DNA from: an uncultured Thermoleophilia bacterium
GTDB taxonomy: Bacteria; Actinomycetota; Thermoleophilia; Solirubrobacterales; 70-9
Direction: 5' to 3'
Assembly: GCA_963785155.1 (NCBI GenBank)
Contig: CAWAUB010000010.1
Location: 1,829 to 65,828, forward strand
DNA: 64,000 nt
Shown here: piece after piece, positions 50,869 to 59,747 of the stretch
How the letters are laid out: every line of letters begins with the position of its first letter
Position numbering within the stretch: position 1 is the first letter of the stretch
Made by a program: the position numbers and the translations under genes
The notes under the pieces: generated by a model
What the model was told of the DNA's origin: nothing
The model's input: the letters and a program-made list of their open reading frames with translations, nothing else
The model's database searches: none

Positions 50869-53244
50869 ATGCTCTCCAAGCTCTTCGCCGCCACCGCGCT
50901 CGCCGCCCTCGTCCTCCCCGCCGCCGCGACCGCCGAGACGCTCGAGGCCGAGGCGATCCTGCCGCCGGGTCAGAGCGGGCACGTCTCGCTCGCGGGCGTC
51001 GCGAACGGCACCGGCTCATCCCACCTGACCGACCAGATCGAGCTCTACGAGAACTTCCAGTACAAGCCGTTCGGCTTTAACCAGCCCGGTGAGACGGAGA
51101 CGCCGAAGCCGGGCGTCGAGATCGTCCGCGACTCCTTCGGCGTTCCGTCGATCACCGCGCAGACGGACGCCGACGGCTGGTGGGGAGTCGGCTACGCCGT
51201 GGCCCAGGACCGGATGTTCCAGCTGGAGCTCTTCAGGCGGGCGACGTCGGGCCACCTCGCCGAGATCCTCGGCGCGAGCTACCTGGACGACGACCTGATC
51301 GCGCGGCGCGACTACTACACCGACGCCGAGATGGATCAGATGATCGCCGGATACCCGCAGGAGTTCGTCGCCCGCAGCGAGGCATACCGGGACGGGATCA
51401 ACGCCTGGATCGCGCACCTGCGCCAGAACCCGCAGGACGTGCCGGGCGAGTTCACGGCGCTCTCGGTGCCGCTCACCGATTGGACCGTCCGCGACTCGGC
51501 GAGGGTCGGCGTCTTCCTGGCCCGCACCGTTCCGTCGGGCGACGGCGTCGAGCTCGAGAACGCGCAGGCGCTGGCCGCGATCGGCCCGGAGAACTTCGAG
51601 ACCCTGCACCCGGTGCGGACGCCCGGGAGGCGGATCACCGTGCCGAAGGGCGAAGGCAAGTTCCCGGCCCAGCCCGGGCGCACGCGCCGCGACGAGAAGA
51701 TCGGCTTCCGCCGCACTCAGGAGTTCCTCGCCGGAACCGACCTGTCCGCGGTCGAGAACACGACCGACCACCTGGCCACGCGCGCCGGGATCCCGGCGCC
51801 GGAGAACCCCGGCGCCGACCTGCGCCGGCTCCTCCCGAGCCCCGGCGGATCGTTCATGTGGGCGATCGCCGGCGACGATCGCGCCTACCAGTACAACGGG
51901 CCGCAGCTGGGCTTCTCGATCCCAGAGCTGTTCGTCGAGTTCGAGCTGCACTCCCCCGAGCTCCCCTCGATTCGTGGTGTCAGCGCGGCCGGGATCCCGC
52001 TCGTGGGGATCGGCCAAAACGGCCATGTCGCCTGGGGCTTCACCTCCGGCCTCTCCGACGAGGACGACCTCTACGTCGAGGACGTGACCGGCCCCGAGAC
52101 CTACAGCTTCAAGGGGGAGGAGCGGCAGATGGACTGCCGCGACGAGGTCTTCCGATTCCAGACGCCGGCCACCGACCTCCCCGACCTCCCCTCCAACCCC
52201 TCGGCTCCCTCGGGCTCGGTAACCGAGCGGGTCTGCCGAACGGTCCACGGACCGGTGCAGCACACCGGCGATGGTGTCGCGCTGGCCCGCCGCTACGCCA
52301 TCTGGGGCAAGGAGCTGGACACACTGGTGGGAATCGACATGCTGAACAAGGCGCGGACGATCGCCGACGTCGACCGGGCGATGGCGAACGTCACCTGGAA
52401 CGAGAACGTGATCGCCGCCGACGAGAACGGCGACATCGGCTACTGGCATCCGGGCCTGCATCAACTGAAGCCGAAGCGCTGGGACGAGCGCCTCCCGATG
52501 CCGGGAACCGGCGAGGCGGAGTGGCGCGGGCTCCTCCCCGAGCGAAAGACCCCGCAGGTGATCAACCCGGATCAGGGCTGGCTCGCGAACTGGAACAACC
52601 CGCCGTCCTCCGGCTGGACCAACGGCGACGGCGAGGCGCGGGAGCGGCTCAGCGGCCCCTATCACCGCGTCCGCATCATCCAGCGCGAGGTCGCCCGTGT
52701 GGCGAAGAACCCGAGCTTCGAGAAGAGCACCGCGATCGTGGAGACGACCGGGACGACCGCGCAGCAGTTCCCGTTCTTCAAGCCGAAGCTCGACGGGGCT
52801 GTGAAGTCGGCCGATGGTGCGGGCAGGGCGCTGATCGCCGAGCTGCAGAGCTGGGACGGCAACTACGACCGCGAGGCGGCCGACGGGACGGTCGATCCGG
52901 GCGTGGCGATCTGGGAGGAGTACAAGGACCGGCTCGAGGCGATCCTCCTGAACCCGATGGGCGACGGAGCGGAGATCCTCGCCGGGGGGACCGGCTCGTC
53001 GCATGAGTTCGACATCTCGAACGGCGAGGCCGCCGCCATTCGGCTGCTCGGCCCAAAGCAGTACGGGAAGGCCGCGACCGCCGCGGCCGCGGCGCTCACC
53101 GCGAGGTTCGGCTCCGCCGACCCCGCAACCTGGCGGGAGCCGCGCCGGATGTACGAGGTCGGCGCGATGGGCGCCGGCGCCTCACCCGACATCGAGTTCT
53201 TCGACCGCGGCACCTGGAACCAGTCGGTGATGGTGGGGAAGTAG
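50869..53244 (+). CDS. Penicillin acylase family (Ntn-hydrolase S45) protein, possibly an acyl-homoserine-lactone/beta-lactam acylase
   Basis: From the ATG at 50869 the signal peptide is MLSKLFAATALAALVLPAAATA. Also present are VRDSFGVPSITAQTDADGWWGVGYAVAQDRMFQLELFRR, the candidate beta-chain N-terminus GGSFMW, and NWNNPP. The upstream 159 codons of track ORF 50392.. are antisense to the SDR gene. Confidence 0.8.
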   Translation: MLSKLFAATALAALVLPAAATAETLEAEAILPPGQSGHVSLAGVANGTGSSHLTDQIELYENFQYKPFGFNQPGETETPKPGVEIVRDSFGVPSITAQTDADGWWGVGYAVAQDRMFQLELFRRATSGHLAEILGASYLDDDLIARRDYYTDAEMDQMIAGYPQEFVARSEAYRDGINAWIAHLRQNPQDVPGEFTALSVPLTDWTVRDSARVGVFLARTVPSGDGVELENAQALAAIGPENFETLHPVRTPGRRITVPKGEGKFPAQPGRTRRDEKIGFRRTQEFLAGTDLSAVENTTDHLATRAGIPAPENPGADLRRLLPSPGGSFMWAIAGDDRAYQYNGPQLGFSIPELFVEFELHSPELPSIRGVSAAGIPLVGIGQNGHVAWGFTSGLSDEDDLYVEDVTGPETYSFKGEERQMDCRDEVFRFQTPATDLPDLPSNPSAPSGSVTERVCRTVHGPVQHTGDGVALARRYAIWGKELDTLVGIDMLNKARTIADVDRAMANVTWNENVIAADENGDIGYWHPGLHQLKPKRWDERLPMPGTGEAEWRGLLPERKTPQVINPDQGWLANWNNPPSSGWTNGDGEARERLSGPYHRVRIIQREVARVAKNPSFEKSTAIVETTGTTAQQFPFFKPKLDGAVKSADGAGRALIAELQSWDGNYDREAADGTVDPGVAIWEEYKDRLEAILLNPMGDGAEILAGGTGSSHEFDISNGEAAAIRLLGPKQYGKAATAAAAALTARFGSADPATWREPRRMYEVGAMGAGASPDIEFFDRGTWNQSVMVGK

Positions 53245-53254
53245 GGTTCGTCCG

Positions 53255-53554
53255 ATGAAGCTCTACATCTGCTGGGGAACGTTCCAGACTCCGCGACCCG
53301 GAGGGCACCCGTGCGCGAACGCCTACAACGCGGTTCGCGACGCCGGCTACGAACCTGAGGTGATCAAGGTCCGAGGCCTCGGCGTCGGGCCCCTGAAGCT
53401 CGACACCGGTGGCCGGCGCGAGGTCGAGGAGATCTCGGGCCAGAAGGTCGTGCCCGTCCTCGTCACCGACGACGGCGAAGTGATCAAGGATTCGAAGCGG
53501 ATCGTCGAGTGGGCCGAGGCCCACCCCGCCTCGGCCACTGCACCCACGGCCTGA
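53255..53554 (+). CDS. Thioredoxin-fold protein (glutaredoxin/GST-N-like)
   Basis: The ORF is 99 aa: MKLYICWGTF...GHPC...GQKVVPVLVTDDGEVIKDSKRIVEWA. This is the glutaredoxin-2/GST-N pattern. Confidence 0.5.
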   Translation: MKLYICWGTFQTPRPGGHPCANAYNAVRDAGYEPEVIKVRGLGVGPLKLDTGGRREVEEISGQKVVPVLVTDDGEVIKDSKRIVEWAEAHPASATAPTA

Positions 53555-53657
53555 AGCTCCGCAAATAGCGGGGTTCGATCGTGCGCATCCGCACGAAGTG
53601 TTAAGGGTTCATAACACTTCGCCGGGATAACCGTTATTGTGCCGCCCGCAAGATCCC

Positions 53658-53800
53658 AAACAGACGCCGAATCCCCGTCCGCTTCGGATGGGGAGCGGGG
53701 GAACCAAACAGTTTGGGGCGAACCCGGTATTCAGCCGGGAGCGCGGCTCCTTAAGCGCTAGCCCGACAGCTAACCCCGTAGGCCCGCTGAGGAGCTGGTC
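53658..53800 (+). promoter_or_regulatory. Cyclic-di-AMP riboswitch (ydaO/yuaA motif), copy 1
   Basis: The blocks match the ydaO consensus: ACGCCGAAUCC, GGGGAGCGGGGGAACC, UUUGGGGCGAACCC and CCCGACAGCUAACCCCGUAGGCCCG. It sits 43 nt upstream of an NlpC/P60 gene, the classic actinobacterial context. Confidence 0.8.
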
Positions 53801-53842
53801 AAGCTGTCCCAACCCGCATACCGAATCCGGAAGCTATCGAGG

Positions 53843-54355
53843 ATGTCCGCGCTCGCCGCGGCCGCCGCGCTCTGCCTGGCCGTTCCAGCCGGGGCCGCCA
53901 GCTCCGGCACCGGCGGCGCCATCTCGCCGACCGCGACGGTTCCAGGCGGCAAGGCGAAGCTCGCCAAGGACGGGAGCGCGATTCCGCCGGCCGACGCACC
54001 GCCGGAGGTCGTCGAGGCGATCATGGCGGCCAACGAGATCGAGGACAAGCCGTATGTCTACGGCGGTGGCCACGGCGACTTCAAGGACAACGGCTATGAC
54101 TGCTCGGGCGCCGTGTCCTACGCGCTGCACGCCGCCGGCCTACTGAAGACCCCGATGGACTCGGGCGACCTGATGAAGTGGGGCGACGCCGGCAAGGGCA
54201 GCTGGATCACGGTCTACACGAACCCCGGCCACGCCTACGCGGTGATCGCGGGCCTGCGCTGGGACACCTCGATGACCGACGGTGACGGACCCGGCTGGAG
54301 CGACGAGATGCGCCCCGGCCAGGGCTTCAAGAAGCGCAACTGGAACGGTCTCTAG
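53843..54355 (+). CDS. Secreted NlpC/P60 (C40) cell-wall peptidase-like protein
   Basis: The signal peptide is MSALAAAAALCLAVPAGAAS. The catalytic region is KPYVYGGGHGDFKDNGYDCSGAVSYALHAAG...NPGHAYAVIAG. Confidence 0.8.
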   Translation: MSALAAAAALCLAVPAGAASSGTGGAISPTATVPGGKAKLAKDGSAIPPADAPPEVVEAIMAANEIEDKPYVYGGGHGDFKDNGYDCSGAVSYALHAAGLLKTPMDSGDLMKWGDAGKGSWITVYTNPGHAYAVIAGLRWDTSMTDGDGPGWSDEMRPGQGFKKRNWNGL

Positions 54356-54501
54356 GCCCCTCCCGAGACAGGCATTGCCGCTCTGCAAGCGGTGTTGCGG
54401 GGCTTCATAAGCATGCCCCCGGACATCGTGCGGATCCGCATATATTAAGGATCCGTAACAAAACGCCGATAAAAGGGTTACACTCCCTGACCTCGTAACT
54501 G

Positions 54502-54645
54502 AAACAGACGCCGAGTCCCCGCCCCAACTGGTGGCGGGGAGCGGGGGAACCAAGCAGTTGGGGCGAACCCACATGAGTGTGTGGGAGCGCGGCTCCTTAA
54601 GCGCTAGCCCGTCAGCTAACCCCGTAGGCCCGCAAAGGAGCTGGT
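54502..54645 (+). promoter_or_regulatory. Cyclic-di-AMP riboswitch (ydaO/yuaA motif), copy 2
   Basis: The same conserved blocks as copy 1 are present: ACGCCGAGUCC, GGGGAGCGGGGGAACC, UUGGGGCGAACCC and CCCGUCAGCUAACCCCGUAGGCCCG. The variable hairpins differ from copy 1. Confidence 0.8.
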
Positions 54646-54697
54646 TCAAATTCGCACGCCCACACACCTACGGAAGCTTGTATTGGCCGGGTCCACC

Positions 54698-55201
54698 ATG
54701 GCCCTCGCCTGCCTCGCGCTCGCCGGTCCCGCCGGCGCCGCCAACACCGGTGGTGCCGCGCTCCCCGGCCAGGAGGCAAGCGACGGCCCGGTCGGCAAGG
54801 CCAAGCTGGCGAAGGACGGAACGGCGATCCCGCCCGTCGACGCGCCGAAGAAGGTCGTCAAGGCGATCGAGGCCGCAAACAAGATCGAGGACAAGCCGTA
54901 TGTCTACGGCGGTGGCCACGGTGACTTCAAGGACAACGGCTATGACTGCTCGGGCGCGGTTTCCTACGCCCTGCATGCGGCCGGCCTGGTCTCGAGCCCG
55001 CTGGACTCGAGTGGATTCATGAAGTGGGGTGACCGTGGCAAGGGCAACTGGATCACGGTCTACTCGAACCCCGGCCACGCCTACGCGGTGATCGCGGGCC
55101 TGCGCTGGGACACTTCGATGACCGCCGGTGACGGCCCCGGTTGGAGCAACGAGATGCGCTCCTCCAGCGGCTTCAAGGACCGCAACTGGAACGGCCTCTA
55201 G
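54698..55201 (+). CDS. Secreted NlpC/P60 (C40) cell-wall peptidase-like protein, paralogue of 53843..54355
   Basis: The signal peptide is MALACLALAGPAGA. Long runs are identical to the first copy (KPYVYGGGHGDFKDNGYDCSGAVSYALHAAGL, NPGHAYAVIAGLRWDTSMT). I preferred the ATG at 54698 to the track TTG at 54683. Confidence 0.8.
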   Translation: MALACLALAGPAGAANTGGAALPGQEASDGPVGKAKLAKDGTAIPPVDAPKKVVKAIEAANKIEDKPYVYGGGHGDFKDNGYDCSGAVSYALHAAGLVSSPLDSSGFMKWGDRGKGNWITVYSNPGHAYAVIAGLRWDTSMTAGDGPGWSNEMRSSSGFKDRNWNGL

Positions 55202-55223
55202 GCCCGACCGCGAATAGAGCTGT

Positions 55224-55261
55224 GCCGACGCCGCCGGTGACCCGGCGGCGTCGGCGTTTTC
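55224..55261 (+). terminator. Rho-independent terminator after the second peptidase gene
   Basis: A perfect 14-bp stem, GCCGACGCCGCCGG / CCGGCGGCGTCGGC, with loop TGAC, is followed by GTTTTC. Confidence 0.75.
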
Positions 55262-55332
55262 AGAGCCGATTTCTGGGATCTTGCTTGGCATGAGCGCCAT
55301 GCCCTCAGCGCGACGTCGTTACCTGGCCGCCG

Positions 55333-57036
55333 GTGGTCGTCGGCGCGCTCCTCGTGGGAAGCATCGTCGCGGCCCTGATCGTCTGGTCGGCCGAGCGCGA
55401 CGACGCCCAGCGGGCCAACGAGGCGCTGGCGCGGCAAGCGGCAGTCGTCGCTGAGCGAACCGTTGAGCTCAGCGGCGCCAGCCTGCGCGGCGGCGAGGGG
55501 GTGCTGCGCGCAGGGGGTCCGATGCCCGAGCGCGGGTTCCGCCGGTACGCCCGGGACATCGTCACGACGACGCCATTCCCCGGTCTCGGATGGTCGCAGC
55601 GCGTTCCGGCCCGCGAACGGCGTGCATTCGAGAACGTCATCCACCGCGCGATCTCCGAGCCGCGGCCGCCGACGGAGCGCAATCCGGAAGGCGACCTCCG
55701 CCCGGTCGCCCGGCATAAAGGCTCCTACCTGCCGATCCGGCTCGTCCATCCGAAGGACGGCCCCGGGCGCAAGTTCATCGGCGTCGACCTGCTCGCCGAG
55801 CCCACCCGAGGCGCCGCCGTGCGCGAGGCGCGTGATACTGGCCGACCGGCGATCACGACGCCACTGGTGACCCTCTCGGGCGGCGATCCCGCGGTCAACG
55901 TCGTCGACCCCGTCTACCAGCCCGGTGCCGCCACCCGCACCCTGAGCCAGCGCCGACTCGCCCTGCGCGGGGTGCTCTCAGGAGCGATCCCGGCCGATTC
56001 GATCCGAGCCGAAATCGACCAGCAGCTCGGCGCCGATCTGGACGTCGCCATCACCGACGGGGAGATGCCCCTGCTCGCCGCCCAGGGCACGAGCACCGAG
56101 GGCACGACAGCCATGGTCGACGTCCTCGGTCGCCCCTGGACGGTCCGGGTCGCCGACATCGAGGAACCGGCGGCCTTCGCACCGCTGGCAGTCGGTGCGA
56201 TCGGCGTGACGCTCGCGGCGCTCGTCGCGGCGCTCATCGCCCTCGCCAGCCGACGCGAGCAGCTGCTCGCGAGCGAGCGGGACGTCGCCGCCGCTGAGGC
56301 GACGACCCAGCGCGAGACCGCAGCGACGCTGCAGGAGGCCCTGCTGCCGCCGAGCCTGCCGGAGATCCCGGGCGTCGCCACCGCCACGGCCTACCGGCCC
56401 GGGGCTGCCGGCCTCGAGGTCGGGGGCGACTTCTACGACCTGTTCGAGAACGGGGCGAGCCGCAGCTGGACAGCCGCGATCGGCGACGTCTCGGGCAAGG
56501 GGGCGCCGGCCGCGGCGCTCACCGCGCTCGTCCGCCACACCATCCGCGCCTTCGCCGAGCAGGGGCCAGCCACCGCGGTCATGGAGGTCAACCGGGCGAT
56601 CCTGCGTGAGGAGCGCGCGGGAACGTTCGCGACGCTCTGCGCGGCAACCCTTAGTAGGACGCGTTCGGGAGGTCTTGAGATCGCCATCTCGGTCGCCGGC
56701 CACCCGCCGCCGCTCGTCGTTCGCGGCAGCGGCGAGGTCCAGCCCATCGCGCCAAACGCACCTCTTGCCGGCGTCATGGACGAAATCGACGCCACGACGA
56801 CCGAGCTGACCCTCGAGCCCGGCGACACGCTCTTTCTGTTCACCGACGGCCTCACCGAAGCCCGCACGCAGGAGTCCGGCCTGTTCGGGGAAGAACGACT
56901 GCGCGAGGCGCTCGGAGAGCTCGCGGGCGAGCCGCCCGAGGCGCTCGTGGCGGCGGTGCTCGAGCGCGCCGCGGAATTCGCTCCCGGCTTCCCCGACGAC
57001 GACGTGGCGATCCTCGCGATCCGGCCGGTCCCGTGA
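55333..57036 (+). CDS. Membrane sensor phosphatase: extracytoplasmic CHASE domain plus PP2C/SpoIIE-type Ser/Thr phosphatase
   Basis: The N-terminal TM is VVVGALLVGSIVAALIVW. The CHASE pattern is GLGWSQRVPARERRAFE...YLPIRLVHP...GVDLLAEPTRGAAVREARDTGRPAITTPL. A second TM follows. The PP2C part reads LEVGGDFYDLF...AIGDVSGKGAPAA...LFLFTDGLTEAR...DDVAILAIR. Confidence 0.8.
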   Translation: MVVGALLVGSIVAALIVWSAERDDAQRANEALARQAAVVAERTVELSGASLRGGEGVLRAGGPMPERGFRRYARDIVTTTPFPGLGWSQRVPARERRAFENVIHRAISEPRPPTERNPEGDLRPVARHKGSYLPIRLVHPKDGPGRKFIGVDLLAEPTRGAAVREARDTGRPAITTPLVTLSGGDPAVNVVDPVYQPGAATRTLSQRRLALRGVLSGAIPADSIRAEIDQQLGADLDVAITDGEMPLLAAQGTSTEGTTAMVDVLGRPWTVRVADIEEPAAFAPLAVGAIGVTLAALVAALIALASRREQLLASERDVAAAEATTQRETAATLQEALLPPSLPEIPGVATATAYRPGAAGLEVGGDFYDLFENGASRSWTAAIGDVSGKGAPAAALTALVRHTIRAFAEQGPATAVMEVNRAILREERAGTFATLCAATLSRTRSGGLEIAISVAGHPPPLVVRGSGEVQPIAPNAPLAGVMDEIDATTTELTLEPGDTLFLFTDGLTEARTQESGLFGEERLREALGELAGEPPEALVAAVLERAAEFAPGFPDDDVAILAIRPVP

Positions 57037-57722
57037 ACGAGAGCATCTGCGCAGGGATGCGGGCCGGCGTCGCCTATGCGGTCGCGGCGGGCGTGCTCGG
57101 CATCTCCTACGGCGTCGTCGCCGAGCCCGTCCTGGGCGGCGCCGCGACGATCGTCTTCTCGGCCATCGTCTTCGCCGGCGCCGCCCAGTTCGCGGCGACC
57201 GCGGTGCTCGGCGCCGGAGGCGGAGCGCTCGCCGCGATCATCGCCGGCCTCCTGCTCAATGCCCGCTATGGGCCGATGGGGGTTGCTCTCGCGCCGTCCC
57301 TGCGCGGACGGGCCTGGCGGCGCGCCGCGACGGGCCAGGCGATGATCGACGCCTCCTGGGCGATGGCTCATCGGGGAGAGGGCCGTTACGACCCCGCCTT
57401 CATGGTCGGGGCCACCCTCCCCTCCATCCCGGCCTGGATCGGCGGGACAGCGATCGGGGTCCTCGCCGGCGACGTGATCGGCGACCCCGAGGCGCTCGGT
57501 CTCGACGTCCTCTTCCCCGCCTTCTTCCTCGCCCTGCTCGCCTCCGAGCTGCGGACCAAGCGCGGACGCGGCGCGGCCGCGATCGGCGCCGCGATCGCCC
57601 TCGTGCTGACCCCATTCACGCCGCCGGGGGTACCGATCTTGGCGGCTTCAGTAGGCGCATTCCTCGGCCTGCGTGGGCCCGGCCGAACCGGACGCGAAGC
57701 GGAGGATTCGGACGGTGTCTGA
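57033..57722 (+). CDS. azlC: AzlC-family branched-chain amino acid permease/exporter subunit
   Basis: GISYGVVA...IVFAGAAQFAATAVLGAGGGALAAIIAGLLLNARYGPMG. The GTG start overlaps the stop of the phosphatase gene (GTGA). Confidence 0.8.
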   Translation: MNESICAGMRAGVAYAVAAGVLGISYGVVAEPVLGGAATIVFSAIVFAGAAQFAATAVLGAGGGALAAIIAGLLLNARYGPMGVALAPSLRGRAWRRAATGQAMIDASWAMAHRGEGRYDPAFMVGATLPSIPAWIGGTAIGVLAGDVIGDPEALGLDVLFPAFFLALLASELRTKRGRGAAAIGAAIALVLTPFTPPGVPILAASVGAFLGLRGPGRTGREAEDSDGV

Positions 57723-58027
57723 AATCTGGGTCACGATCGGCGTGCTCGCCGTCGGCACCGCCCTGATCCGCGCCTCCGGCCCGGTCATCCTCGGCGGCCG
57801 TGAGCTCCCGCAGCGGGTCATGGACGTGATCGCGCTCCTCGCCCCAGCGCTACTCGCGGCGCTGGTCGTGGTCGAGACCTTCACCGGGACCCGACCAGAC
57901 CCTCGAGATCGACGCCCGCGCGCTCGGCCTCGCGGCGGCGGCAGGCGTCCTCTACGTCCGTGACTCGATGCTGCTCGCGGTGGGCGCGGCCGCTCTCACC
58001 GCAGCCCTGGCGCGGGCGATCTTCTAG
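57715..58027 (+). CDS. azlD: AzlD-family small membrane subunit; one apparent frameshift near 57886-57892
   Basis: From the GTG at 57715: VSEIWVTIGVLAVGTALIRASGPVILGGRELPQRVMDVIALLAPALLAALVVVETFTG. My own translation in the next frame continues with QTLEIDARALGLAAAAGVLYVRDSMLLAVGAAALTAALARAIF, with a stop at 58025-58027. Confidence 0.6.
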
Positions 58028-58866
58028 GGCATCGCTGTCGCCTGGGTCTCCACGGCGGCTCCCCCGCCGCCCCGGCCGCCAGCCGGGTCGCTCGAGAGCT
58101 TGTGGGCGATATAGACGGGGATGATCGAGAGGAGGATCACGAACAGCGCGATGACGTAGACCTCCGGCAGGTTGTTCGGGCGCGCGAAGTTTTCGAAGAA
58201 CCAGATGGGCAGGGTGTCGGCGCCGCCGACCGTGAACGTCGTGACGACGATCTCATCGAACGAAAGCGCGAACGAGAGCAACGCGCCGGCGACGATCGCG
58301 CCTCGCATGTTCGGCAGGGTGACGCGCAGGAACGTCTGCCATGGCGGCGCCCCCAGGTCCGCGGACGCCTCCGCGAGGGATCCGGAGGTTCGCCGCAGCC
58401 GCGCGACCACGTTGTTGTAGACGACGACGATGCAGAAGGTCGCGTGGCCGACCACCACGGTGTACAGGGAGAGGTTGAAACCAAAGATCTCGACGAACGT
58501 CGAGTTGAGAGCGAGCGCCGTGACGATCCCCGGGAGGGCGATCGGGAGCACGACGAGGAACGAGATCGTCTCGCGGCCGAAGAACCGGTGTCGGGCAACG
58601 GCCATCGCCGCGAGCGTGCCCAGGATGAGCGCGACCGCGGTCGCGGCAGCCGCAACCTTGACCGAATTCCAGAGTGCGTCCCGCGCGCCCGTGTTGTCGA
58701 TCGCCTTGCCGACCCAGTCGAGCGTGAAGCCAGGGGGCGGCCATTCGAGGGTCGACGAGGACGAGAACGCGTAGACCGCCACCATGATGAGCGGGATGTA
58801 GATGAAGGCGAGGATGGCGGCGACCGCCACGCGCAGCGCCCATCGCGATGTCGGCGAGAGCCTCAT
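58024..58866 (-). CDS. potC: Spermidine/putrescine-type ABC transporter permease
   Basis: This is the last 280 codons of track ORF 58024..59781, starting at the ATG at 58866: MRLSPTSRWALRVAVAAILAFIYIPLIMV...EASADLGAPPWQTFLRVTLP (EAA loop). Confidence 0.85.
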   Translation of the reverse strand: MRLSPTSRWALRVAVAAILAFIYIPLIMVAVYAFSSSSTLEWPPPGFTLDWVGKAIDNTGARDALWNSVKVAAAATAVALILGTLAAMAVARHRFFGRETISFLVVLPIALPGIVTALALNSTFVEIFGFNLSLYTVVVGHATFCIVVVYNNVVARLRRTSGSLAEASADLGAPPWQTFLRVTLPNMRGAIVAGALLSFALSFDEIVVTTFTVGGADTLPIWFFENFARPNNLPEVYVIALFVILLSIIPVYIAHKLSSDPAGGRGGGGAAVETQATAMP

Positions 58867-59735
58867 ATGTGCTCGAACGCCCCGAGCCGGCGCGCGATGG
58901 CCAGGTAGATGATCATCACGATGATCGGCACCAGCGAGAACGCCGCGGCGAGCGGCAGGTTGGTCTGGTAGTTCGTGTAGATGAAGTTGCCGATCAGGTT
59001 GGTCTTCGAGACCAGCAGCGGCGTGAAGATGTCGCCGAGGGACAGGGAGAACGTGAAGATCGAGCCGGCGACGAGCGCCGGGAACACGAGCGGCATGATC
59101 ACCCGGCGGAAGGTCTGGGTCGCCTTCGCGCCCAGGTCCTCGGACGCGGACAGGAGCGAGTTCGGGATCCGCTCGAGGCCGGCGTAGATCGGGATGATCA
59201 TGAACGGCAGCCAGAGGTAGGCCAGCACCAGGAATATCCGGACCAGGTCGTCGGTCGGAGCCAGCCCGATCGAGCCCAGGAGCCCGCCGCTCGACATGAT
59301 CGTGCGCCAGACGTAGACCTTGACCAGGTAACCAGACCAAAGCGGCATCAGGACGGCGACGACCAGGGCCCCCCTGACCCGCGGTGACGCCACCTTCGCC
59401 ATGTAGAAGGCGATCGGGAACGCGAGCAGTGCGTCCACGACGGTCACCGCCGCCGCGATGCCGACGGTCCGCCCGATGATGGCGCGGTTCGTCGGCTCCG
59501 TGAAGAGCGTCTCGAAGTTGTCGAGCGTGAACGACTTCTCGAGCTCCTGGCTGAGCTCGCCGACGCTCCAGAAGCCGGTGATCAGCAGGATCGCGAGCGA
59601 GCCGAGATAGCCGACCACCAACCACGCGATCGGCCCAGACAGAAGCGCCCCCACCTGGAGGTGGGGGCGGCCGTGGAAGAGGCCGGCGAGCCGTCGGCTC
59701 ACCGACCTCTTCGGGGCTGCTACGCCCGCTTCCAC
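58863..59735 (-). CDS. potB: Spermidine/putrescine-type ABC transporter permease
   Basis: The 290-aa ORF has six hydrophobic helices and the EAA loop SASEDLGAKATQTFRRVIMP. Its stop overlaps the potC start. Confidence 0.85.
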   Translation of the reverse strand: MEAGVAAPKRSVSRRLAGLFHGRPHLQVGALLSGPIAWLVVGYLGSLAILLITGFWSVGELSQELEKSFTLDNFETLFTEPTNRAIIGRTVGIAAAVTVVDALLAFPIAFYMAKVASPRVRGALVVAVLMPLWSGYLVKVYVWRTIMSSGGLLGSIGLAPTDDLVRIFLVLAYLWLPFMIIPIYAGLERIPNSLLSASEDLGAKATQTFRRVIMPLVFPALVAGSIFTFSLSLGDIFTPLLVSKTNLIGNFIYTNYQTNLPLAAAFSLVPIIVMIIYLAIARRLGAFEHI

Positions 59736-59747
59736 GGTCCGTCTGTA

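Larger units (their letters stand above)
53658..55201 (+). repeat. Tandem duplication of a riboswitch + NlpC/P60 module (two units of roughly 0.84 kb)
   Basis: Unit 1 spans 53658-54355 and unit 2 spans 54502-55201. They are collinear, with conserved riboswitch cores and highly similar coding regions. Confidence 0.8.

Noticed and set aside
51016-53004. The 662-aa minus-strand ORF and the 608-aa plus-strand alternative frame 51180..53006.
   Set aside because: They are shadows of the penicillin-acylase-family gene. Only the frame of 50869..53244 gives a signal peptide and family motifs.
53566-53582. GGGGTTCGATC resembling a tRNA T-arm.
   Set aside because: No acceptor, D or anticodon arms can be built from the flanking sequence, and the upstream 50 nt are the 3' end of a CDS.
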